Source of the DNA: a virus
Lineage: Duplodnaviria; Caudoviricetes
Length of the DNA stretch: 48,057 bases
IMG/VR virus record: IMGVR_UViG_3300014208_001444
Span: 1 to 48,057 of that record
Direction: 5' to 3' (one strand)
Shown here: positions 9,380 to 17,945 of the stretch, piece after piece
How the letters are laid out: each line of letters begins with the position of its first letter
Numbering within the stretch: the first letter of the stretch is position 1
Program-made: the position numbers and the translations under genes
The notes under the pieces: generated by a model
Database searches by the model: none
What the model saw: the letters and a program-made list of their open reading frames with translations, nothing else
Told to the model about the DNA's origin: nothing

Positions 9380-11135
9380 AGATACCCTCATATATATCCA
9401 AAATCTTCTGCGGTATCGGTTCTAGTGTGATATCATCCCATCCGTCGAAATCGTGCCGGTTTAAGCCAAATGCATCAAGCGTAAAGCAATAGAGAATTTT
9501 CTTGCCGGTCATTTTGTCTAAATCTTTCTTAAGATCCTTTAGCCCCTTGCGATTCATGGAATAATAAATAGCTAAAACCTGCCCCGATTGTTCAAAAATG
9601 CGATAGTCTTCCGTCGCTGTATTCTCATTGAAAATATTTTCTCGCAGACAAAGCATCTCGGTGCATTCACGAGTGATACGAACTTTGAGGTTGTCCCCCG
9701 TAATGGATTTTTTCACAAAAGATGTTTTGAAGTATTTGAGATTTCCTGGCAACTTGCGAACACCATTGGCATTGTCCTTGAAGCCTTTAATGACTTTGCA
9801 TAGCCTTGGATAAGTTACTCGCTGACAAATTCCATATTCTTCCATCTCTTTATCACTGAGTCCTTTATTCCTGAGGTCGTCCTCTAAACCGTTCAATTCA
9901 TTGTTTGTGCATAAAATAAATTTTCTATGCCCACCGTCTTCTTTGTTGAGCTCGAGAACGGCATGCCCTGTGGTTCCAGACCCAGCGAAAAAGTCTAGCA
10001 CCACGGAATCTTTTTTATTTTTCAAAGTGATTTTTAATGTGTCCAATACTGCGTAAAGTGATTTTGGGAAATCAAAACCTTTCGCCTTCCCTAAAATAAT
10101 CTCCAGCAATTTGGTTCCATGTGTGGCAGCATCATAGCGCGGATTATCCCACACTGTTTTCGGACGTAATCCTGTTTTGATTCTATCCTTAATTTTAACG
10201 CTATAAGAACCTGCACGATTTTTATCAATCTTGATGTCGCCTTGAGCGATCAGGTTGGTTAAAGAAGGAATTGTTTGGCGCCAAACTCGCTTTTCCCCTT
10301 TTGTGTCTATTGGTAATATCTCAATCCCGCCACTTATTTTTTTTGTTGAAACGGTGCCGGTCTTTTCGCTGTAGTAGATGGGATAATATGAGTTCGGCCG
10401 TTCTTTGGGAGTTGAAAATCCCCCTGTTCTGAGAAAATCTCGCCACTTATAGCGTGAAATTTCATCTTCAAATTTATATTCCGCTATATCGTCCTCATCC
10501 AATTCGAACAACTCGATGTTGGCATGAGAAATATTCTTGGCATAGAAAAAGTAATATTCATGGCATGTCGCAAAAAATTGATCCGTTGTCCGCCCTGATT
10601 TCTTATTTAGTACGACTACAGTCGCCATTCTGTTGTTTTCGCCAAAAATCTCATCCATCAGCATCCCTAACTGGAACACTTCATAATCATCGATTGTAAC
10701 AACAATAATCCCATCGTCTGTTAAAAGCTGTTTGGCTAATCGTAACCGCTTCTGCATAAAAGTTAGCCATTTGCTGTGCCTATAAGCGTCATCGCGGTCA
10801 ATATAACAGTTATTGTATTTCCAGGTTTTATTCCCTGTGTTGTAAGGCGGATCAATATAGATCAAATCAACTTTGCCCCGGTGGGTGTAATTCAAGACCG
10901 ATAGGGCGTGATAGTTGTCACCCTCAATCAAAATATTGCTTGGTGCAGAAGGGTCGCTTATGATTTCTTTGCCCTTAATTTCTTTTAACACCGGCAAAGC
11001 ATCCTCAGATTCTTTTTCGAATTCCTCTTTAGTGCGTTCCTCGTCCCAAATCAGTCCATACTTTTTGCGAGACTCGAGTTTTTGGATCACGCTCAGGAGA
11101 TCTTCCTTGGATAATTCTGAATAATCTTTTGCCAT
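9369..11135 (-). CDS. mod: Type III R-M Mod subunit (beta-class amino-methyltransferase)
   Basis: NILIEGDN, IYIDPPYN, then FPKS and DFFAGSGTTG; start placed at MAKDY (11135). Confidence 0.9.
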   Translation of the reverse strand: MAKDYSELSKEDLLSVIQKLESRKKYGLIWDEERTKEEFEKESEDALPVLKEIKGKEIISDPSAPSNILIEGDNYHALSVLNYTHRGKVDLIYIDPPYNTGNKTWKYNNCYIDRDDAYRHSKWLTFMQKRLRLAKQLLTDDGIIVVTIDDYEVFQLGMLMDEIFGENNRMATVVVLNKKSGRTTDQFFATCHEYYFFYAKNISHANIELFELDEDDIAEYKFEDEISRYKWRDFLRTGGFSTPKERPNSYYPIYYSEKTGTVSTKKISGGIEILPIDTKGEKRVWRQTIPSLTNLIAQGDIKIDKNRAGSYSVKIKDRIKTGLRPKTVWDNPRYDAATHGTKLLEIILGKAKGFDFPKSLYAVLDTLKITLKNKKDSVVLDFFAGSGTTGHAVLELNKEDGGHRKFILCTNNELNGLEDDLRNKGLSDKEMEEYGICQRVTYPRLCKVIKGFKDNANGVRKLPGNLKYFKTSFVKKSITGDNLKVRITRECTEMLCLRENIFNENTATEDYRIFEQSGQVLAIYYSMNRKGLKDLKKDLDKMTGKKILYCFTLDAFGLNRHDFDGWDDITLEPIPQKILDIYEGIYGY

Positions 11136-11315
11136 AGCTCGCGCTCGCGGTTTTATGCGACGCTTTTCCCCTCTAATTACTTTGCGTTTATTTAATAATA
11201 TCATTTTATTGCTGTCCCCTTGGTAAGAAATTCAGGCGCAAAACGACATATTCTCCCCATGTAATGTTGCCTGTATGTCAGACATTACCTTCATTATGGA
11301 CGTAAGTGCAAGTCG

Positions 11316-11918
11316 TCAAAAATTGAAACGTATACCACAAGAGAATTGTCGGCTGCCGGTCCAGGTCGCTCCGGCAATACCTACAATTTCTATATTTCTG
11401 AATGGCGTAAAATCATCTATGTGACGAGATATCCCTATGCCTATAAATTTTGGCGATATGCCTGTTGTCATGCTGTACCGCCTCCAATAAAACCATTTCA
11501 GGTCAATCACCGGTAGAACCTTACCTGAGTAAACCATCCCCCCGCCCAGACGCGCCGTAAACCCCCAGTCCTTGACCGCGATCTCCGGCAGTTTCTCTGA
11601 CGCATTTTCTTTCGTTACGAGCTCGATATGCCCTTCCGGCGGAAGATACCGCTCCCGGTATTCAACCCGTGCTGGGCCGGTGCGCCATTTCTCTATTATG
11701 CGGTCACGGTACACCGTGACTGTCTGCTTTGTGTCCGGCGGCAATCCCTCTGTTTTGGTTGCCAGTTCTTGCGCATGGGATTGCTCGCGCCGGAGTCTCC
11801 AGAACATAAAGACGAACAGGATCGCCAAAATGACGAAAGCCGCGTCCTTGGGCCGCCGTACTAAGAATAGTGCGGCGGTTTTAACGACTCCATATAGTGT
11901 TTTAATCGCTTGAGCCAT
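11316..11918 (-). CDS. Putative spanin-like lysis protein (N-terminal TM helix, C-terminal amphipathic beta strands ending in Phe)
   Basis: Directly after holin and endolysin; GGAGGGG RBS before ATG 11918; TM AFVILAILFVFMFW; ends GIRFNF. Confidence 0.5.
   Translation of the reverse strand: MAQAIKTLYGVVKTAALFLVRRPKDAAFVILAILFVFMFWRLRREQSHAQELATKTEGLPPDTKQTVTVYRDRIIEKWRTGPARVEYRERYLPPEGHIELVTKENASEKLPEIAVKDWGFTARLGGGMVYSGKVLPVIDLKWFYWRRYSMTTGISPKFIGIGISRHIDDFTPFRNIEIVGIAGATWTGSRQFSCGIRFNF
11806..11837 (-). promoter_or_regulatory. Bipartite motif TTCGTCATTTTGG-N10-CGTCTTTAT, copy 3 (putative phage-sigma promoter)
   Basis: 22 bases identical to copies at 43137..43168 and 46198..46229, with the same spacer length. 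Confidence 0.55.
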
Positions 11919-12237
11919 TTTCGTCCCCTCCATGTGAGTCTCCCGAAGGACCGTGCCCGTTTCCATTGCCGTTCCCGTTCTTGACTCGCTCGTAGGTCTT
12001 GGTCAGCACATAGCCGGTGAAGATGACCGAAACCACGCCGCCGGTCACGGTGACCACGGTGGTGATGGCGTCCGGATGGTAAAGCACCGTCCAGACGCAG
12101 ATCCAGACGTAAAGCGCCATGTAAACCCAGTTCCACAGGGCGCGAAGCGACTTGATGTCGCGCATCAGGTTCTTGGCGAAGTCGCTGTTCGCCGTTTTCC
12201 TGGCTAATTTCAGCGTGAGCCGCCTTATCCTGTCCAT
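11902..12237 (-). CDS. Putative holin (111 aa, 2 TM helices)
   Basis: TAATG overlap with the endolysin stop; basic N-terminus, two hydrophobic segments, hydrophilic tail. Confidence 0.65.
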   Translation of the reverse strand: MDRIRRLTLKLARKTANSDFAKNLMRDIKSLRALWNWVYMALYVWICVWTVLYHPDAITTVVTVTGGVVSVIFTGYVLTKTYERVKNGNGNGNGHGPSGDSHGGDENGSSD

Positions 12238-12812
12238 TAGAGTTCGCTCCTGAAAAGTGTCATGTCCCAGCATTTGCCCGGGCAGCTCTTCTGGCGCGGC
12301 AGCCCGAGTTTGTCGAATACCTCGCGGTGGCCGATGACGTGGCTGGCGGGTATCCGGAACGCCTCCATAAACGACCGGGTAAGCCGCAGGTTGAAGTCCC
12401 ACATCGCGGGATTGGGAGGGCCCTTGTCGAAATCTCCCACGCAGCAGAAGCCCAGGTATTCTGTGTTGAACTGGTCGGATGCGTCCTTGACCCCGGCATG
12501 CGCGCCGATCATGGTCAGCGACCTGCCCCAGCTGAACACCGGCTGCCCGTTCACAAATTCAGTCCCGCCGTGGTAGCCCACAGCCTTCCAGGGCTTCTGG
12601 AACACCTTGCCTTGGTTCGCTTTCAACCGCCTCTCGAATTCCTCGGCGGAGACGGTGTTGTAATCCACGCGGTAGGAGGTGTGGTATTTAACTATGCCGT
12701 CCCAGTCCCGCGCCTGGCCGTCCGGCCCGGCGGAATGGTGCCATACGATACCCTTCCACGGTCGGGCGCTCAAAGTGTCTATTTCTATACCCAGTCGCGT
12801 TTTTATCGTCAT
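12237..12812 (-). CDS. Endolysin, N-acetylmuramoyl-L-alanine amidase (Amidase_2/PGRP-like)
   Basis: IVWHHSA, VGYH, GAHAG, VIGHRE, KSCPG motifs; GGAGGAG RBS before ATG 12812. Confidence 0.88.
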   Translation of the reverse strand: MTIKTRLGIEIDTLSARPWKGIVWHHSAGPDGQARDWDGIVKYHTSYRVDYNTVSAEEFERRLKANQGKVFQKPWKAVGYHGGTEFVNGQPVFSWGRSLTMIGAHAGVKDASDQFNTEYLGFCCVGDFDKGPPNPAMWDFNLRLTRSFMEAFRIPASHVIGHREVFDKLGLPRQKSCPGKCWDMTLFRSEL

Positions 12813-15214
12813 ATCTCCTCCATCTCGCAGTCTATGGTGTGCCCCGAGTCCTTCACGACGTCCGTATACGGGAAAGGTAGTGCCTCTATCTTCCACGCCG
12901 CGTCGAATAAATCCCTCGGCCTGTATTTCGGCTCCGGCCAGAACGTTATGACCGGGTTGTCCGTAAAAATCTTCTCCAGCGCGTCCTTGTCCAGCTGCTC
13001 GATAAGTGAGACCGTCCATCTGGCCGAGTATTTATTCTTCCCTCTGAATGAGATCAGTTTCCCCCCCAGCGTCCGGAACTCTCCGGAGGCGGTTAGCATG
13101 CGCCTGGGCTCGTACTTGTCGAAGCCGGGCAGAACGGCCAGCAGCCGGCCGCAGTAGACCTCGCCGATTTTCTTGTTCTGGTTTGCTGTCTTGGTCGTCC
13201 GGGCCTCTATCTGTATTACGGGCGTGGATTGCGGCGTGAACGGGATTATGACATCGTCGTCCATTATCTCTCCGTCAAACAGCGTGGTTCCGCCCACGAA
13301 CACGCGCAGGCTTTTCAGGTTCGTGTTCCGCAGTATGACCGCGTCCACGTTCCGCAGTTCGTTCCCTCCGGACGGGCCGAGAAACGTCAACTGCAGCGTG
13401 ACCGGAGAGGCATCGGAGGCATTGAGCGACGCCCACTGGCTGGCCGCGTCTCCGTCCGCCAGCTTTTTTGTGTTCGCGGTTTCAACAAGCCCTTCCTCGC
13501 TCGATGTCACCATGACAAGGCCGGGTCCCGCCTCATCCAATGACAGAATAATCGGCAGATCGTCATCGACCGCCGCCATTGCCGAGGTGAAATCGAACGA
13601 ATTAAGCGTCGGCCCCGGGCTGGCTTTTATGAACTCAAGCTGTGTCTCGAAGATATAAGAAGCCGGAAGCGACAGCAGCCCCGTTTCCTTGGAACCAGCG
13701 GTTGCTGTGGCCACGGGATCGCCGAACGATTTGGTCTGTATGTCGGCAATCGTGTCGCCGGACCGGACGCGCACGTTTATCCTGCTGCCCGGCGCGGGCA
13801 GTGTCCGGTCCAGCGTAAAGCCGGTCACGTTGTGCTTTTGCTGAAACGTGTGCCTGAGCGTAACATGTCCGGAATCGGCCTCCACCGCAGTACCGGCCAG
13901 CTTGAAGTAGTCGAACCGGAACTTGGACGCGAACATCTGATCGGAGTTGCCTATGTCCAGGAATTTACTGCCCGAAAGCGTCCTTACGACCGGCGAATCC
14001 GTGGTCTGCATGACCACCTGCGCCGGGTCGTCATTCTTGATGAGCTTAAAGCTGACCGTGCCCAGCGGCCCCTGCGTGACGTAGAGCGTGAACGCCATGC
14101 TTATCGTGTTCACCGGGAACAGCAGTGTGGGTGAAGCGCGGTTAAACGCTACCCAGGCCGAGCCGTTCCATGTCCATTCCTGACCGCCTGCAGCCACCAC
14201 GACCGGAGTGAAATAAACGGTACTGTTCCCCGGCGAAGTCGAGACAAGCAGTTCCCATAGCAGGATGGCGTTCTTGTTCGCTATTGGAAGCGTTGCCGGG
14301 ATCGGGTTCGCCTGCAGGATGCCGAACCCCCACTTTGCCGAGCTGGGCGTCGCCGCCGCGCCGTAGCGGTTGAACAGGAACCGTGTCTCGCACTCCATAG
14401 AATTGAGCGCCGAGTTGCGCACGGTCTCGATGTTCTTGGGGCTGGTCTCCGAGGGATAGTCAAACTCCAGGTATCCGCCCGTTTCCGGCGGGTCCGCGCT
14501 GCCGGGCGGAGAAGTCCCCCATACCTGGAAGTGGAAATCTATTAGGTCCTTGAGGTCCATCCCCACCAGCTCCCAGATATAATTCCAGGTACCGGTGCCG
14601 GTGTGGTAATACCCGGGCCGGCCGGAGCTGTAAGGGCTCAACGGGCTGCTCATCTGAGCGCCCCACTGGATGACGTTCGGATAGGTGTGCGACGCCCAGG
14701 TGGCGCGCAGGACGATGGCGTAAGGGATATTCGCCTGCAGTGCGACCGGAGTCGAGAAAGTGAATGTCACCGCGCCCTCGGTGGTCGGCACGCTGGAAGC
14801 TGCCACCGGCTGCGAGGTGCCTAGAATGGTGGACGTGGGAAGGGAATAGGCTGTGGCGGTCCGTATCTCGATAAGCAGGTTCTCGCCGGAGATGAATGTG
14901 CCGAACCGCCTCAACGGCAGCGTCACCTTGGTCACGTTCTTGGCTCGCGCGTAATAGAACGCCTGTGAATTCGAGATGCCGTTTATCTCGAAAAAGCGGT
15001 TCAACGCTGCGATATTGAAAAGTTGTTCAAAGGCCGTCACGCCTTGCGGCACTTCCTTCCAAAGCGGGTCCTTCACGCCGTCGTTGAAATCATCGGCTAT
15101 GGTAATAGGATACGTCATCCCCAGCTTAACGGGCATGCTGGAAACGTCTATATTGGCGTTCTCTACATTGGCCTGAAACTGGCTCGCGCTGCTGAATATC
15201 CGTTTAACCGCCAT
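12809..15214 (-). CDS. Tail protein with beta-sandwich/carbohydrate-binding-like domains and a possible C-terminal Dit-like region
   Basis: 801 aa, beta-rich, in the tail module; discoidin-like LADGDAASQW segment. Confidence 0.6.
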   Translation of the reverse strand: MAVKRIFSSASQFQANVENANIDVSSMPVKLGMTYPITIADDFNDGVKDPLWKEVPQGVTAFEQLFNIAALNRFFEINGISNSQAFYYARAKNVTKVTLPLRRFGTFISGENLLIEIRTATAYSLPTSTILGTSQPVAASSVPTTEGAVTFTFSTPVALQANIPYAIVLRATWASHTYPNVIQWGAQMSSPLSPYSSGRPGYYHTGTGTWNYIWELVGMDLKDLIDFHFQVWGTSPPGSADPPETGGYLEFDYPSETSPKNIETVRNSALNSMECETRFLFNRYGAAATPSSAKWGFGILQANPIPATLPIANKNAILLWELLVSTSPGNSTVYFTPVVVAAGGQEWTWNGSAWVAFNRASPTLLFPVNTISMAFTLYVTQGPLGTVSFKLIKNDDPAQVVMQTTDSPVVRTLSGSKFLDIGNSDQMFASKFRFDYFKLAGTAVEADSGHVTLRHTFQQKHNVTGFTLDRTLPAPGSRINVRVRSGDTIADIQTKSFGDPVATATAGSKETGLLSLPASYIFETQLEFIKASPGPTLNSFDFTSAMAAVDDDLPIILSLDEAGPGLVMVTSSEEGLVETANTKKLADGDAASQWASLNASDASPVTLQLTFLGPSGGNELRNVDAVILRNTNLKSLRVFVGGTTLFDGEIMDDDVIIPFTPQSTPVIQIEARTTKTANQNKKIGEVYCGRLLAVLPGFDKYEPRRMLTASGEFRTLGGKLISFRGKNKYSARWTVSLIEQLDKDALEKIFTDNPVITFWPEPKYRPRDLFDAAWKIEALPFPYTDVVKDSGHTIDCEMEEI

Positions 15215-15215
15215 T

Positions 15216-17945
15216 TTATATCTCCTGCAGGTCCAGCTCTGTCCTGAAATTCATCAAATCATGCGCTATTCCGAGCACCCGCGCGTCATACGCCGAGCCT
15301 ATGCTGCGCGGCTGCTGCACGCTGAACGTCACCCGGTCACCGAGCTCAAGCTCCGGCATGAACCGCGCGGTCACCGTCGCCCGGCGCTTGGGTTCCTTGT
15401 AGCGGCCGAAATACCGCTTGGCCATTACGGTTGCCAGGTCCACATCGGTTTGAAATACAAGGCTGCCGCCGCCTACCGACAATGGCCTTACGCCGAACCG
15501 CTGCATAGAGGTCGGTGCGGTTTCGCCTTCGGTTGCGGAATCGGCGGTCTTCACGAACTGTCCAAACGTGGCGCGCACGCTGTTATAAACCCGGTCCCAG
15601 CCGGGCGAGACGCTCAGAACCTTTTCAATATTCGTGTCATTCAGCGTCAGTACCGGCGACGCGGCGGCTGATTTGTTCCTGAAAAATAACTTTCCGTCGC
15701 CGTCCAGGCCTATCTCGAAATCGGCGAGCTTGGCCAGCTCCTTGATTACTTCCAGTACGGACCGGCTGGCGTAATTAACCATAGAGATAAGTACGTTCCG
15801 CGTGGTCAGTGTTATAACACTGAGCCTTTGGATCGGAGGAATAACGCCGGACGTATTCATGAGCGATATAAACGCCATCTTCGCGGGCATCGGGAACCCC
15901 TGTGAGACCGCAAACTCGTCGGAGATTATCGTGTCATTGGGCCCTATCGCTCTGTGGAAGCTGAATCCGGACTGGCTGTTGGCCCCGGCCGCAGTGAACC
16001 GCTGAACGCCGCCGTTATTGTTCTCGGTGACCGCTTTCCATGTATCCCATGAAACCGTCCCGGTGCCGCCGTCTATCAGCGGCGACTCCGCGATAGCGGG
16101 CAGCCAGAGCCGCTTAACGGCGTACGGCGCGCTTTCCAGCGTGTCGGTAAGGACTATCCTGAACTTGACGTATCTCGGCGACTGCACATTCGTCCAACTG
16201 CCGATGTTCCCGCCGTTAGATACCGCCGTCTCGGCCGAGTAACTATAATCGTCCGCGCTCCATGAATGGTAAAACTGCGCGCCCGAAGCCAAACCCTGCA
16301 ACTCCGCAAAGAATGCCCCCAGCGTGTTTATAAGCGAGAACGTGGTCAGCCCGGCCAGTTGCACGCCGTAATCGACCTTCAATGTCAGCTGCCCGGTCGC
16401 TGGCGACGCGCTCACGCCGTTATAGCGTATGTAATCGATATGGAACGTATTACTACCGCTGGACTGCAGTCTTACGCCGGATGTCCCGCTTGGGAACGCG
16501 CCCAATGTGCCTGATAAGACTTGCGCGCCGTCAACGAACAGCGCCCAGGTTCCCGCTGACACGCTGGTGATCGTAAGCGCGAGCCGGAACGTGTGGAACT
16601 GCGTCAGATTAACGTTGTAATTCGCGCTGGTCGTCGCTGTCCGCACCCGGACTTGGTTGAGGTTCAGGAATTCTATCTGTGCGCCCAGAAACGGAGATTG
16701 GCCGACCATAGTGCCGATTGTCACCGTGCCGCTTATGGAGCTGAACCGAATTCGCGTGCAGACGCAGCGCGACAGGCTGAACTCCTCTGCGGAGTTCTGC
16801 AGGACGTAATCCGATCCCCCGCCATGTGTTACGGTCCTGACGCTGCCTGACAGGCTTGTGGTCGTGCCGGATGGGACGAACTCGAACCACGGGAACGTGT
16901 AATTGCCCTCAACGGTGTTCTTCTCCTGGGCGGGCTCGTAATCGGCTTCGTACTGTGACGTCCATTGCGGGTGGATGCCGTTAGCTACGCGGTAGAAATT
17001 TATCCGGCTGACGTTTAACGCCGCCTGCCACTTGGAAACGGCGTCATAGGCGTCTATGGTCAACTGCCCGTCGCCTTCAGGCGGTTCGGTTTCGGGAGTT
17101 ATAACGGCACGGCGGAGGCTATACGGCAGAAAATCGCCAATGCATGTGTGCAGTAGTTCCCGCTGGGCCGCCGGCTCGAAATTGACGGTTTCTACGGACA
17201 GCTTTTGAACCTGCGGGACGGTATTCAGCAGATCATTCACAACGTCGTGTATCTGCCTGTCCCGCTTCCAGACTATGTAATCGGCCCGGACCTCCGCCCC
17301 GGACGCGGGCTGGATGGCGTCAAAGGTTATCTTCGCCTTCTTCTGCGGGTCGTTAAGATTTAACGCGCTCCATCTGGTGCCGGGCCGCAACGCCTCGCCG
17401 CCGACCCGGACCGCGTTAACCGACCCGACAGGCGTCTGCGCAAGCTCAAAATCGGATTTAACACCGTCGCCGATGCCGAGCAACTCGTTCGTCACCTGTA
17501 TGGCGGCGGCGTTCGCGTCTGCGCTTTCAAGCAGCTGATCCATAGACTGGATGTCCAGTTGGACGGCGGGTGTGTCCGAATCCTCGATAATATCTTCAAC
17601 CACTCCGGTAAAGGCCGGGAAGATTTCTTCCGCGCCTGCCGCTTTAAGGCCCAGTGAAATTCTTATTTTGGAATGAAACCTTAAAAATCCCAGAAACCGG
17701 CTGTCCCACTGTCTGGCCGTATTGTCGGCCTCCATTCGTATATTGGACGCTTTGAATTCGTTCAGCGCGTCGGTGTCCAACTTCCAGGACAGCCGGTCAA
17801 GCCGGATTATCTCGCTCGTGATATCAATCGGCGACGCTTCCCACCCCGACCCGTCGGCCAGCCTGCGGAAAAGCTCAATCTTGCGGACCGGATACATCAG
17901 GTTCGAAGCCTGTGCCGCCTTGAAATTGAGTGAAACCGCCTTCAT
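15216..17945 (-). CDS. Tail tip/hub (Tal-like) protein with inserted lectin-like domain
   Basis: Follows the tape measure gene; C-terminal LFFR...N.V.....S.QRFG....LELGDRV pattern typical of tail hub proteins. Confidence 0.65.
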   Translation of the reverse strand: MKAVSLNFKAAQASNLMYPVRKIELFRRLADGSGWEASPIDITSEIIRLDRLSWKLDTDALNEFKASNIRMEADNTARQWDSRFLGFLRFHSKIRISLGLKAAGAEEIFPAFTGVVEDIIEDSDTPAVQLDIQSMDQLLESADANAAAIQVTNELLGIGDGVKSDFELAQTPVGSVNAVRVGGEALRPGTRWSALNLNDPQKKAKITFDAIQPASGAEVRADYIVWKRDRQIHDVVNDLLNTVPQVQKLSVETVNFEPAAQRELLHTCIGDFLPYSLRRAVITPETEPPEGDGQLTIDAYDAVSKWQAALNVSRINFYRVANGIHPQWTSQYEADYEPAQEKNTVEGNYTFPWFEFVPSGTTTSLSGSVRTVTHGGGSDYVLQNSAEEFSLSRCVCTRIRFSSISGTVTIGTMVGQSPFLGAQIEFLNLNQVRVRTATTSANYNVNLTQFHTFRLALTITSVSAGTWALFVDGAQVLSGTLGAFPSGTSGVRLQSSGSNTFHIDYIRYNGVSASPATGQLTLKVDYGVQLAGLTTFSLINTLGAFFAELQGLASGAQFYHSWSADDYSYSAETAVSNGGNIGSWTNVQSPRYVKFRIVLTDTLESAPYAVKRLWLPAIAESPLIDGGTGTVSWDTWKAVTENNNGGVQRFTAAGANSQSGFSFHRAIGPNDTIISDEFAVSQGFPMPAKMAFISLMNTSGVIPPIQRLSVITLTTRNVLISMVNYASRSVLEVIKELAKLADFEIGLDGDGKLFFRNKSAAASPVLTLNDTNIEKVLSVSPGWDRVYNSVRATFGQFVKTADSATEGETAPTSMQRFGVRPLSVGGGSLVFQTDVDLATVMAKRYFGRYKEPKRRATVTARFMPELELGDRVTFSVQQPRSIGSAYDARVLGIAHDLMNFRTELDLQEI

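Noticed and set aside
12813-13019. Extended N-termini given by the ORF track (endolysin, holin, mod, mom, HEPN and others)
   Set aside because: They overlap upstream genes or lack an RBS; downstream ATGs with RBS or stop/start overlaps fit better.
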